64,000 bases of DNA from Girardia tigrina (taxonomy: Eukaryota): assembly GCA_001938485.1 (NCBI GenBank), contig MQRK01249112.1:28935-92934 (forward strand). Reading direction: 5' to 3'. Positions 39,050-51,975 of this stretch are shown here, one piece after another. Each line of letters starts with the position of its first letter. The first letter of the stretch is position 1. Below the pieces are notes generated by a model. That model worked only from the letters and a program-made list of their open reading frames with translations, was not told the DNA's origin and did not search any database. Position numbers and translations under genes: made by a program.

Positions 39050-40275
39050 AAGCTAGAAAACATACCAAAATTGAGAATGAAAGACATTTTCACATAGATA
39101 CATCAAGATAAATTTAAATTAAATGAAGTGATGTTTGTCATCAGTTAAAAGACTAGCATAAGATGAATTTTTGAGAAGACCACAAAAGAATAATCTGTCA
39201 AAACTTTATAGGCTTTTTATATGAATGAGTAAAATATTGGAAAACATTTAACAAGAGTAATCAAAAGTCTCTATGATGACGCAAAGGCCTCAGGGAGTAA
39301 TTTAGAGACTGGCAATATGAATGAGACAAGGTTGCATTCTGTTATCAAAGCTTTTCAACCTTTTCATAGAGAGAATTGTTTATGTGGAAATACATAACTT
39401 GGATTATGTTGGAATAAGTGGTAGAGAAATGAGACTAGCAAACACACAATTTGCATAATACAAGGACGTAATTTTACAAAATCAAAACAGAGATTTAAGG
39501 CCTTACAAATATACCTTACAAAGTGTGTAAGAAACTTTGAATGGATATCAACAAAGAACAAAGCAAAATAGTCAAATAAAATAGTCTCATGAAGTTGAAA
39601 GAATAAGGTCAAACTAGAGATCAACAGTGGAGATGAGAAGCTGGTATAAGTTACGGGTTTTAAATACATAAGGTCTACTACCACTGAGAACGAAGTAATT
39701 TATAAAGAAACCCGAAACATGATTAGCATTGAAAGAAGCACAATACTTAGGCTTAGTATAGTTTTTTTAATTTCAAGGAAATAAAACTCAAAAGCAGAAT
39801 GAAGATAATTAGGACTGTTACCTGGAAAACGCTTTTGTATGGATGTCAGATTTGAATACTAGATCAGAAGAGCATCAATAACCTTAGAGCTCTTGAAATG
39901 AAATGCTACAGAAGAATGCTGAAAATCATGCGGAAAGAAAAAAGAACAAATGACTTTGTCTGAAAAAGAGTGACTGAAATGCCAGATGAGAGATAGGAAT
40001 TAATGGAAGAATACATCAATAAATGGAAGCTGAAATTATATTGGATCAGATAATTAAACTAGCATTAATAAGACTTATGATTAAAGGAGAAAAGTGAAAG
40101 AAGAAAGATCAACATGAAGACTTAAGAGACAGTGGGAAGACGACTTAAAATAATAGGACAGATGAAACATGGAAAATTTGAAAAGATTAGCTGCTCAAAC
40201 ATAGTAGTGGCAAAGGCTTGTACATAATTTGGTGCCCCAACTGCCAAACAGTTAAAGTCCAAAAGAAAAAGAAGA
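39050..40275 (+). mobile_element. RTE-clade LINE, decayed 3' part
   Basis: LLYGC..LRALEMKCYRRMLKI..KRTNDFV..KRQWEDDLK, with an AAAAGAAAAAGAAG tail. Homologous to 60036-60685. Confidence 0.8.
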
Positions 40276-40383
40276 TTTTGACTAATGGAAAAAGAAAAAT
40301 AAATTTTATTTTTTAGTTTCTTTTGTTTTTATTGGGAAATAGGAATTCGTAATAAATATAAATTATGTATTTTTTTTAAAAAG

Positions 40384-42159
40384 TTTTAAGAACAATAAGA
40401 CAATTTTCATTTGAATTTTTATTATCATCATGTTTAGAGTCATCAAAACTCTCGAAAGATGGTTCATCGTTTGACATCGTTCTAATTGTTCTTTTTATTT
40501 CTATTAGGTTGGTCGAAAAATAAAGGCGGTTTTTGAGTTTTATACTTTGTTTATCTACTTTGATATGTATATAAGTTTAAATGCATTAGTGTTAGATATT
40601 ATTTGAAATCTTATACCTAGCTATAGCCATTATTAACATGTTGTTATTTTTTAGAATATTTACGGTGCTAAATTATTAATAATGGAAAAAAATAAAATTC
40701 GAGCAATTTTCTTGTACGAATTTAAACTGGGTCGTAAAGCAGCAGAAACGACTCGCAATATCAATAAAGCGTTTGTCAAGGGATCAGCTTCTGAGCGCAC
40801 AGTGCAACGATGGTTCCGAAAATTTCCGGAGATGAAAACCTTGAAGATGAAGAAGGTCGTGGTCATCCAGTTGCTGTGAACCACGACAATTTGAGGAAAA
40901 TGCTGGAAACAGATCGACGTATAACAATTAGAGAACTTGCAGATGGGTTGGGCATTAGTCATTCAACAGTCCTGGATCATTTAAAACAACTTGGAAAATC
41001 AAGAAACTTGATAAATTGGTTCCACATGATTTGAATGAAAATCAAAACAACCGACGTTATGAAATTTGTTCTGCCAATCATCTTCACAATAAAAACGATC
41101 CATTTCTTGATCGTATTGTTACCTGTGATGAGAAATGGATCCTGTATGATAACCGACGTCGATCTGTACAGTGGTTNNNNNNNNNNNNNNNNNNNNNNNN
41201 NNNNNNNNNNNNNNNNNNNNNNNNNNNNNNNNNNNNNNNNNNNNNNNNNNNNNNNNNNNNNNNNNCCACTATAGTTTCTTGAATCCAGGTGAAACAATCA
41301 CAGCGGAGAGGTACTGTCATGAAATTGATGAAATGCATAAAAAATTGAAAACTATTTGTCCGGGATTGGTCAATCGAAAAAGTCTCATCCTTCTTCATGA
41401 TAACGCTAGACCTCATATTTAAAAAGTTACTCTTCAAAAGCTTAATGAGTTGGGCTATGAAACCCTGCTTCATCCACCATATTCACCAGACCTCTCGCCC
41501 ACATACTTTTTCATGCATTTGTACAACTTCCTACGTGAAAAAATTTTCAAAAACCAAAATAGTGCTCAAAATGCCTTCCAAGAATTCGTCGCTTTGAGAA
41601 CCGATGCATTTTATGCTGATGGAATAAAACAACTTGTTTCTCGTTGGCAAAAATGTATTGATGCCAACGGTTCATACTTTGATTAATAAACTTTTGTTTC
41701 TGTGAATTTGCACGTCTTTGAAGTTTGTGTCCCAAAACCGACATTATTTTTCGACCAACCTAATATTTTATTCATGATTATTCGAAAAATTTTTCTAAAT
41801 CTTTTTAAAACGTTTGATTCCTTAAAATATTAATTAAAAATAATAATTTCTTAATAAAAACTCAAAATAACAAAAATGTTATCAAATTGTTAAAAATGAA
41901 TTTAATTTAGATTTTATTAATATCTAATTAAATGATTTTTTTCTTAAAAAATATTAAATCTTATTTTAATTGTTCATTTTAAAAATATAAACTTATAAAA
42001 TTATTATTTTAATTATGTTCGAATAGTCAATCATAGAAAATACAAAAAATACAAATTTCCATCTTGGTGGGAAAATCACCATTCTAAGTTCAACATACTC
42101 AAATCAACATAAATCATCAATACATTCACACATTCAAACAATTTAAAATATTCCTCACA
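40384..42159 (-). mobile_element. Solo LTR, copy D, interrupted by the mariner at 40504-41763
   Basis: Minus strand starts TGTGAGGAATAT at 42159 with a TTTCCCACCAAGATGGA box. The 3' module AGAACGATGTCAAACGATGA..GTTCTTAAAA lies at 40384-40490. TSD AAAAG/ATAAG (4 of 5). Confidence 0.75.
40504..41763 (+). mobile_element. Full-length mariner (cecropia/Hsmar1-like); transposase 40682-41686 disrupted
   Basis: TIRs TTAGGTTGGTCGAAAAATAA / TTATTTTTCGACCAACCTAA, TA TSD. MEKNKIRAIFLYEFKLG, VPHDL, IVTCDEKW, LHDNARPH, HPPYSPDLSP motifs; frameshifts and a stop. Confidence 0.95.
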
Positions 42160-42179
42160 ATAAGCACCAATGAAATTAA

Positions 42180-42540
42180 TTATTGGTTGCGAGCACTGCC
42201 GGACTTTGACAGCCAATCAATAATTGTGGCCTTAAAGAGGATCGTTTCACGTCCTCTCTCTTTGTCCGGCATCTACACCCGATTGATCAGATGTCCCTCC
42301 GTTCTGGAGCCCTTTTCAAAGATATCTCTTAACAATTGGTCGTTCTTGAGCAATTTGTAGTAATAAAAGATCATCTGAGACTCGAGGAGCACGCGCCACG
42401 GATATTCGACAGAAATACGCAATTTGATTCGTCGGCGACTTGAGCATTAACTCAATTCCTTCCATCAATTCAAACTGTTCGGCTAATTGAGGACGATTTA
42501 TTTGTTGTTGCCGTTTTGAACGTTTGACATACATTATTAT
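42180..42540 (-). mobile_element. Possible decayed Tc1-like N-terminal (HTH) fragment
   Basis: RAPRVSDDLLLLQIAQERP resembles the G(R/A)PR.....D..L......P linker; weak. Confidence 0.3.
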
Positions 42541-42675
42541 TAATGTAGAAATTAATAAGACCCACTACACAAATTTTATTAATTTTTTCTCTACAAAGTT
42601 GCCGTTTTTCTTTTTAAATCCGCAGTCTCATAACACTTTAACAACAATTAATAATAAACATTATTAATATATATA

Positions 42676-43935
42676 TTAGGTTAGGGAAAAAGAAATCCAT
42701 TATTTTGGCGTGAAATTCAAAACTTTATTTAACATGTTTCGGATTGTCCTCTTGGAGTCAAATATGCACCGTTTTGTTGTATAATTAGTTGCCATTTTGA
42801 AGGTAGNNNNNNNNNNNNNNNNNNNNNNNNNNNNNNNNNNNNNNNNNNNAAAAACTGTAGTAATCGATTTTCACAATCTTCTATTGATCCCAATTTCTTA
42901 TCACTCAGGAAATTTTGCAATGCGAGAAAAAGGTGGTAATCGCTTGGTGCCAGGTCCGGACTATATGGTGGATGCATTAAAACTTCCCAACTAAGCTCCC
43001 TAAGTTTCTGGCGAGTCACTACAGACGTATGTGGTCTGGCGTTGTCCTGATGGAACATAACACCTCTTCTGTTAGCCAATTCTTATCGTTTCTCATCAAT
43101 TGCTATCTTCAAACGGTTCAGTTGTTGACAGTAGAGATCTTAATTTAGTGTTTGGCCATACGGAAGCAACTCATAATAAATGCTTTCTTTCCAGTCCCAC
43201 CAAATACACAGTAGAACCTTCCTGGCCGTTAGTCCTGGTTTGGCGACCGTTTTGAGGTGCTTAACCGTGCTTTGACCACGATTGTTTTCGTACAATATTG
43301 TCGTATCCGACCCATTTCTCATTCCCAGTAAGAAATCCCTTTAAGAAATGAGTCGATTTCATTTCGTTAGGCCAAGGTTTCGCAGATGGAAATTCGATCC
43401 ATCATGTTTTTAGGTGCTATTTGGCGTGGAACCCAAACATCAAGTTTCTTTTTGAATCCTGCTTTGCCCAAATGGTTTAAAACCGTTTTGTGGTCGATCT
43501 TCAGCTCCTATGCGATGCTACGACTACTAACATGCCGGTCAACTTCGATCATTGCCGAGATTTTATCGACATTTTCAACGATAGGCCTGCCTGTGCGAGA
43601 TGCATCTTTAACATCAAAAATGCCTCCGCGGAATCGACGAAACCCAAATTACGTGTAATTAACTGTTACAGTATTGGTACCATAAACACCGTTCACAATA
43701 ACAGCTACCAGGCTTGCATTTTCGCCTTTATCAAATAAAAATTGTAAAATGTACCGATTTTTTTCTTTGTTGACTTCCATTTTTAATACCCTGTAACTCA
43801 GAACTGAATAAAAAAAAGCAAAAAAAATTTTTGTGAAATTACTGTGAAATGTTACCTGTAAAAAAGCATAAATTTGAAATTGTTTGATCGATAAATAATG
43901 AATTAAAATAATGGATTACTTTGTCCCTAACCTAA
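42676..43935 (-). mobile_element. Full-length mariner (mellifera-like); transposase 43780-42729 disrupted
   Basis: TIRs TTAGGTTAGGGAAAAAGAAATCCATTATTTT / AAAATAATGGATTACTTTGTCCCTAACCTAA, TA TSD. MEVNKEK start, WVPRQ, AKPGLTARKVLLCIWWDWK, FHQDNARPH, HPPYSPDLAPSDYHLF. Confidence 0.95.
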
Positions 43936-44456
43936 TATATATATACATAAATAATTTCAAATTTACTTTTTTACAGAATTATATACATATATTCCGAAAT
44001 TCCAATTCCAATTTCATTTTTTTCTTTTTTAATTCAAATCCGGAACAATTTTTATAGCAACTTTTCGAAGGATAATAAAGGATGTTGTAGCCAATGGCGA
44101 TTCATTAAAAATTATACTCAATTATTCTAACAAATTGAGCATAATTTACACCTTTCTTTTTCCGGGTAAATAAAATCAGAAAAATATAAATTATTTAACA
44201 AAACATTAGTTAATCATAAATACATAAATATAAATTCAAGGGGTATATAGGAAATTGGCGATGAATTTAAAAGGATTTGTTGGACTACCATAATATTCAA
44301 AACAATTTTAGTTTAGTTTGAAATAAAACAAAATTATATCTTCCACATAAAGTTATTTTGGCCATTGTAATCTAATTGACATATTGATTTTTGAAATTAA
44401 CATCGTCTATGAAAAGCAATTGAGAGGATAAAAGTCATCTACTAATCTTTTGAACT

Positions 44457-45516
44457 TGTGAGGAATATTTTCGAATGTTGTTTATTGTATATAGGGTCTG
44501 TTATGTTGTTTTTATGTTTGTATTTCTCCAACCCAGATGGAAGATTGATATTTTGAATGTTTTAAACCATCGCATTATTCGGAAAATTTTCAACTTTATA
44601 TAAAAATTTCAAAATTAAACTTAGAAATTTTAATCAATAAATTTATAATAATTGTGAGGAATATTTTAAATTTGGTATGTTGAAATTGGTTTGTTGAATT
44701 TTGTATGTTGAGTTTAGTATTTGGAAATGTGTTTCTCCCACCCAGATGGAAAATTGATATNNNNNNNNNNNNNNNNNNNNNNNNNNNNNNNNNNNNNNNN
44801 NNNNNNNNNNNNNNNNNNNNNNNNNNNNNNNNNNNNNNNNNNNNNNNNNNNNNNNNNNNNNNNNNNNNNNNNNNNNNNNNNNNNNNNNNNNNNNNNNNNN
44901 NNNNNNNNNNNNTTAACTAAGTTTTGAATTAATTAAATATTATTTCTTTACATAAAATAATTTTTAAATAAAATTAATATGTAAATAAAAATTAATACTA
45001 AAACTACAAAATCTGAATTTTAAAAATAAAAGCAGAAAATAATGAAAAATTTGTTCGAATAATTGTTTATTAAAAAACATTAATAAAAAATTATCAATTT
45101 AGAACGATGTCGAATGACGAGAGTTTCACTGAGAGTTGTCCAAAAGACAATTTTGATTGTAATGAAAATAAAAGTTTGAAAACCCATGTTGGTGTTCTTA
45201 ATAATAATATTTTAATCAAAATAGTTTTAATCTATTTGAAAGTGATTTAAAATATTGCATTGTGACGTAAAAATTTATTTAATCATAAATAACATATTTA
45301 ACATGAATTGAAATATTTTTGGAAATAATTTTAAAATATTTTAGTAAGGAATTACAATGTAAATTTGTTCGAATAATTACAAGTTTAGAGATAGAATTAA
45401 AATTTATCAATCAAGAATGATGCCTAACTACGAAAGTTTTGTGGAGAATTGTCCTGAAGGCGATTGGAGTTATGATGTCAATAAAAATATTGGAAATCAC
45501 ATTAGTGTTCCTATTA
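44457..45516 (+). mobile_element. Solo LTR, copy E, containing nested copy F
   Basis: TGTGAGGAATAT start, TCTCCAACCCAGATGGA box; 3' module at 45360-45516 ends GTTCCTATTA. TSD GAACT/AAACT (4 of 5). Confidence 0.7.
44653..45203 (+). mobile_element. Solo LTR, copy F, nested in copy E (contains N gap)
   Basis: TGTGAGGAATAT...GTTCTTAATA with a perfect TSD ATAAT (44648-44652, 45204-45208). Confidence 0.8.
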
Positions 45517-47974
45517 AAACTAATAAGGTTGTCTTAAGAAAGTTAGTAATTTATTTACAAAATTAATTTATTTATTGTTGACTGCGATTTTGAGTTCAAG
45601 TTCTTTTAAAGGTAAAACAATTTTTTCTTCAACTAATTTAACATTTTAAATTCTTTAATTATGTAAATAAAATGAATACATTTATAATATAATAATCTAA
45701 TAATCTTATGACAAATAAGACATTTTCAAAAGTAAAATGGTGTTGATATTCAATCACATATGAAAGACTCTGACCATTACTAAACCTATTGTAAATATAA
45801 TAATAATTAATTTATGCACCAAAAGCTTTTTGATAATTATCTAACTTTCACAAATTATAGATTGTTATGATCTAAATGAATAGAAACAATTATTTAAATA
45901 AAATATTCATTACAAAAAGTTGTGTTACACATCATTTAATTTTAGTCAAGTTTATTGGAAGTAGCGCTTTCGGTAAGTGAGAACAGCTTTTGCATTTTTT
46001 GTGTTATCCTTTTTTAAACGTATTTTAAAAGTATTTAAGAATAAACTTTTATTAAAATTAGAAAAATAATTTTCTCACGACTAAAGTTGATTAACCATTT
46101 AATGATTAAAAATTTGGAAGAAGGTTATGATCGCTTTTGTTACAGAATTTTGAAAATGTTTCAACATAATTTTTTGTCAATTTCAAGTGTACAGAATTAA
46201 CATTTATTCGTATTTTAACTCATTAAAAACTACAGAATTTTATAAGTAAAAAATCGATACTGATAAAAAGTTTTGGTACTATCGAAAAGAAAAATAAAAG
46301 TGTAGGGCTTTTCGATATATTTTCATATCCTTGCAATCAATGTTTTAATTTTCGCAATCAATTATCCAATAAAATAATTTTAAACCGTCAATATTTATTA
46401 CTTTTGCAAAAAAATTATGAATAATGTAATTTTAAATCATTTTCTTTCAAATTTTTATGCAAAACATTTTTTATTGAAAGATTATATAAATGTATTTGTA
46501 AGATTCGGGATAATTCGTAGTGAAAAATCAGAAGTTGACATTTTTAAAATTTATTTAATAACAACAAAATAGCGTATTTTTAAACAAGTTTTTTGGAATG
46601 AATTTCCGAGGAACACTTAATTTTTTCTCGCACAAACCATTTATACATAAAAATATAGAATTTAAAATATAGATGCATAACTTAATTCTTTTAGTTTTAA
46701 AAATTTATTATTAAATTTATAAAGTCGAATTAAATTTTGTTGTATTAGAATATATTATTTTTTGAAAAATTTTAATTTTAACTTAATTTACGCATATCTA
46801 TTTTATTTTGTGATTTAGTTAAAAGTCTTACGTAATAAAAATTTGTAAACAAGCTATTTTATTTCAAATTTTATTAAAAGTATTTATTAGGTGTATTTTG
46901 ATTTACAAAATTTTTAATTTAAATTATTTTATAATAAATTTCCATTTTTTTATTATAAAAATTACATTAACTTATTTTATTCTAATAGTAAAATTCTTAT
47001 ATTTTAATTTATGATATTTTTAAAATGTTTTTGAAATTTCTGTTTTAGATTTTATATTCACAAATTTATAAGAGTTTCCAAAAATCCTAACAGTATTATT
47101 TAAGGAATATCAAAATTTCTCAGAAAGACCGAGAGAAAATTGCTAATTAAAATAGACATGGCCAATCAACCCTTTCTGATGGCTCAGAGCTGGACAGTTA
47201 CAAAAATATTAAAAATGTTATGATAATCCCTGAAACAGCTTTGAAACATGTTAGGCACGTGATTAATAAGAGAGTTCATAATACCAATATTTATTTCTAT
47301 AACAATTAATTATTTTTTCAACAAATTTCTGAGGAATGATAATTTCTTATTTTGCACAAATCAGTTATCAATTGATATACTAAATATAAATATACATCAA
47401 TATACATTTTAATTTTCCGAATTAATGTTTAAAGTTTAAATTAAAATTTATTATTTGTCACACTTTTTTTGTTATATTTTATTACGTCTTTCATTTTCAA
47501 TTTATTATAATTTTTCTATTACCATAAAATCAAATATTAATCTCAGTAAACCTGTTCACTTTTAAATTAACCAATAAGGAGCACAAAATTTTGACAGTTT
47601 AGTCATAATCATCGAATAAGATTTTCCCTGAATACATAGAAATTAAAATGTAACATCGAATATATTTATCAACAATATAAAAAAGTAGAATTGAGAATGT
47701 TAATTTCAAAATTAAAATCGATCAAGAAGAAAAAAAATGAAAATAAAATAAATAACAGTTACTTCCAGTTACTCTTCGTTGCCAAGAGATCTTTGATTGA
47801 AAATTTAAATTGATGTAATCATTTTGTAATGAAAAGTTTTGATCAAATAAATAAAATGATCCCAAATTATACAAGTAAATAAATTAATCACAGGATTATT
47901 TTATTAACGTGATCCAAAAGTTGTGAATATCATATATTTTTACTTACTAAATCATTTCTTTTTAACTTGCATAT

Positions 47975-48990
47975 CATGATGAGTTGACACCAGATGACAC
48001 TCAGATTTTACAAATAACGAAAGGCTGCAGATTATTAGCGAGGTTAATGAAAACGACAAACGACCCACATTTCTTAATAGAAAGCTATGTGAAATAACTC
48101 CAGAGTTTAACATAAATCCATCAAGCCTATCGTGCATTATCAAAAGAAGAGAAAGCATTGAAAGTCGAGCATATTATGCAGCTACAACACCAAGAGCTAC
48201 GAGCCAACGATCAGCTAACTAGTTTCTAGAGGTCGATGCAGCATTGGTGGAGTGGTTCAAAGTCTGTCGTAATCCAGCGCAAGCTGTAAGAGATGAGTTC
48301 TTGCTAGCTAAAGCGAAAACATTCATCAGTTATATGAAAGTGGATGGTGACATTCAATGTCATGGGTGCAACGTTGGATGATTTGCGGAGAAAGCACATC
48401 TGTCACTGATAATTCCGTTTCTTACTGGTACAAGTTGACTCAGCCCAAAATACTACATCTCTTTTCTTCTGAAAATATCTTCAACAACGATGAAACTGGG
48501 TACTTCTGGAGGCTCAGTCCCGCAAATATTCTTGCTTTCAAATCTGAAAAATGCCATGGAAATAAATGTGCCAAGGATTGTGTAACCGTGGTTGTCGGCG
48601 CTAGCATGACAGAAGAGAAATTACCGCTGTTGATTATTGGAAAATCAGAGCACCCAAGAGCCTTTCGAAACAAAACAGGCCATTGGGCGACACAAGTAAT
48701 CGAAAAACCTGGGTGACTGCCACAATCTTTGAAGTGTATATTAGTAAAATAGCCCAACTAATGACCTCTACTGGACTTCGGATAGCATTGATTGTGAACA
48801 ACTACCCTTCCAATTTTATGATAAATGATCCTAAGGCTGTCACACTCATCTTCCTACCCCCAAACACGACATTGAAGACTCAGTCAATGAATAGCGGTGT
48901 TATATGGAGTCCAAAGGCACATTATCGGAAAAAAATCTGATGGCACAACTTCTGATTTCGCATGACGCGAATGTGGACCGAAAGGTGTAA
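47975..48990 (+). mobile_element. Tigger/pogo (CENP-B-like, TIGD-type) transposase pseudogene
   Basis: EVDAALVEWF; NIFNNDETGYFWR; EKLPLLIIGKSEHPRAF; SNRKTWVT; IFLPPNTTLKTQSMNSGVIWSPKAHYRK. Frameshifts. Confidence 0.9.
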
Positions 48991-49536
48991 TTACGAACAA
49001 ATAGAAAAGAATCACCAATCCAAAATATTATAGAGTACGTAAATACTGAAAGACAAACAATTTCTATTAAAGAAAGGTACACGATTTATATTACTAAGAA
49101 TAAAAGAAATGAGATAAAGAAAGAAATTGCAAAATTTACGGAAATAGAAGGATATAATTGTTATAAAATATTGATAAAGTTACATCATAATTAATAAATC
49201 CAGTATATCATATGAATGATACATTAAATAATGATGGCCTCACCAAATGAAGTCTAAGAAGAAAGTAAGTTGGGAAAAATGAATAATGAAACTAAACTGA
49301 CAGGTAAAAGGAAGATTATCATTAAGAAGAAAAGTATGAACCAGAAATTGAAAAAAACTAACAACATAACATACCTCAATCTCAGCTAAATTATGTTATT
49401 TAATAAAAAATCTTAAATAACTTTCTAATTAATGATTAATATCATTCAGTATTAAGTTTACATGGTATTTTATTTCAAATGATTTCATTTAAACTTAAAT
49501 ACTTATATGTGACTCTGAATGCATGGTTGCATGATA

Positions 49537-50465
49537 CAGTGAAGGACAAAAGTATTTGCTCAGATGTATTTTTAACATATTTATGAAATATAAAATCACA
49601 AAAACATAAAAATAAATATATTCTTAATTCTCGTTCTCGTCTACTTTTCTCGTCTGTTTTGTTCTCAGACGAAACAAAATTAAATAGAAGAGGCAGTGAT
49701 GGAAAGGTCTGGACTTGGAGAAGACCTGGAGAACTTCTTAAACCAAAACATGTGAAGCAAACAGTCAAGCATGATGACTCTGTTATGGCTTGGGGATGTT
49801 TCAGTTCAGCTGGTGTTGGTGATATACATATAATCGAAGGTATAATGAATGCCAAGTTGTATATCAGAATGCTTTCTCAGCATATGATTCCACCATCAGC
49901 TCGTTTATTTAAAGATGATTACATATTCCAGCATGTTAATGATCCAAAGCACACAGCTAAGAAGGTGAAAGAGTATCTCACCAGAAAAAATATTGTAGTT
50001 TTAGACTGGCCAAGCCAAAGTCCGGATCTAAACCCAATTGAAAACCTTTGGTTCAAGCTTAAATCAAAACCTTGATTAAATCAGAGGAAATAAAAAAAAT
50101 CAGATTTAATTGAAGGTATTAAAACATGCTGGAAAAAATAACTAATGAGTATTGTAATTCGTTTATTGAGTCTATGCCACGTAGAATNNNNNNNNNNNNN
50201 NNNNNNNNNNNNNNNNNNNNNNNNNNNNNNNNNNNNNNNNNNNNNNNNNNNNNNNNNNNNNNNNNNNNNNNNNNNNNNNNNNNNNNNNNNNNNNNNNNNN
50301 NNNNNNNNNNNNNNNNNNNNNNNNNNNNNNNNNNNNNNNNNNNNNNNNCAAATACATGTAGACGAGAACGAGAATTAAGAATATATTTATTTTTATGTTT
50401 TTGTGATTTTATATTTCATAAATATGTTAAAAATACATCTGAGCAAATACTTTTGTCCTTCACTG
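49537..50465 (+). mobile_element. Internally deleted Tc1 (DD34E) element with 108-bp TIRs
   Basis: TA|CAGTGAAGGACAAAAG.. at 49537-49644 mirrors 50358-50465, then TA. ORF 49659-50075 has FSDETK, VMAWGCFS, FQHVNDPKH (D>V), WPSQSPDLNPIENLW. HTH region absent. Confidence 0.93.
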
Positions 50466-51418
50466 TATATCTTTTGTTTATATACGAATCTCCCATCGAT
50501 ATTTCTATGTACAATGAACAAAAGAGCATTGAACTTTTTAAAAATGATTTAGATAAATGGAATAGAATGGGTGCCTCATTAACATTCAACAATATGTTAC
50601 TGTTCATTCGATGTGCCATGTTGAATAATTTTTAAAAAAACATCCTGATAAGGTTTGAAAATATACTAAAATAACCGATCATAGTTAAAGCGACCATGGA
50701 CTCTGTTAGGAAAATTTTTGAAAGAAGGTTATATTAAATATGTACAAATAAAATTTTTTATATAATTAAATATGTAACATTCGAAAAAATAAAATTACTA
50801 AAATTAAGAAGATCAATTAAATTGCTAATAAAAATTTTTTGAGAGTTTTAATATAATATAAAAAGTAAAAAAATGTATAATTTTTATGTGAAACGATTTT
50901 AAAAAAGTAATAAAATTAAATGAAACGATTAAATATTTTAAAGTGTTATCGTCATTTAAAAGTGATTATAGAAGTAATAAAAAAATCAAATATGAATATT
51001 TATATGTATTTTTATCTATATCGGTTTAAGATTTATAAAACAAATAGTTTCTCAAAAAAATAATTTTTTTTAAATATTTGACTTAAACATTTTTTGTGGT
51101 ATGATAAAAGTTTTAATGTCTGCTACTAATAATTCCGACGATGTTCCAAGAACCACTAATAGACTGAAAGAAGTACAAGAATTGTAGCTATACTAACTAG
51201 GGAAAGTGATAAAAAATTAGCAAATCAAAATTTAAATGATAAAAATTATGTTATGGTATAAAATATTTATATTTTACATTAAATAGGTTTTTTAAATAGT
51301 CTAATTAGTCTATAATAAAATAATATTAAATTATTTATTAATATTATTTATTTTATTAATATTATACTATTTATATACTATATTATTTATTAACAACAAT
51401 TATTCTTTAGATAAATTG

Positions 51419-51464
51419 ATGATATTCCGATTCATCTGGTTGTCTCTTTGTATACACCTTTTCA
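51419..51464 (+). CDS. First coding exon (signal peptide MIFRFIWLSLCIHLF) of the LamG/EGF gene
   Basis: ATG followed by a hydrophobic stretch. GTAAGA donor in phase 1 joins exon 55677 in frame (..HLFTTNEIFVK). Confidence 0.55.
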
Positions 51465-51975
51465 GTAAGAATAATAATTTTCTATCAAGTATTAATATAA
51501 AAATAACAAAAAAATTAATTATATAATTATTTTCTACATTCTTTTAAATTTATGTTGCATATATAGGGTTCCAAGTAGAAAACCAAAGGATTTTATGAAA
51601 ACAAAGTGTATTTTATTAAACACGTGATAAAGTCACAAATTTACATTTACATAAATAAAACCAAAGGATTATATTTATTTAATTAAGTATGTGATAAAGA
51701 CGCGATTGACTGCTCTGATTGGTTGATATTTCCCCATGTACGTGACATCTCACCAATTATATTTATATTCATAAACAATCTCAGAACAAAGGGCTAACGG
51801 TATAAAAAATGTAATACGGAACATACTATGATTTTTATGAGATCGTAATATTGTCATCTGCTTGCAATAATTAACTTTACTTTATTTTGAAGAATTAAAA
51901 AAATCGTTATTTTTGCATTTATATATTAATCAGTGACCTGAAGATGACGGTTGACTTGTAAAAATATATTAGCAC

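Noticed and set aside
45100-45203. C/D-box snoRNA (ATGACGA..CTGA with AGAAC/GTTCT ends)
   Set aside because: The boxes are not conserved in the other LTR copies and there is no terminal D box.
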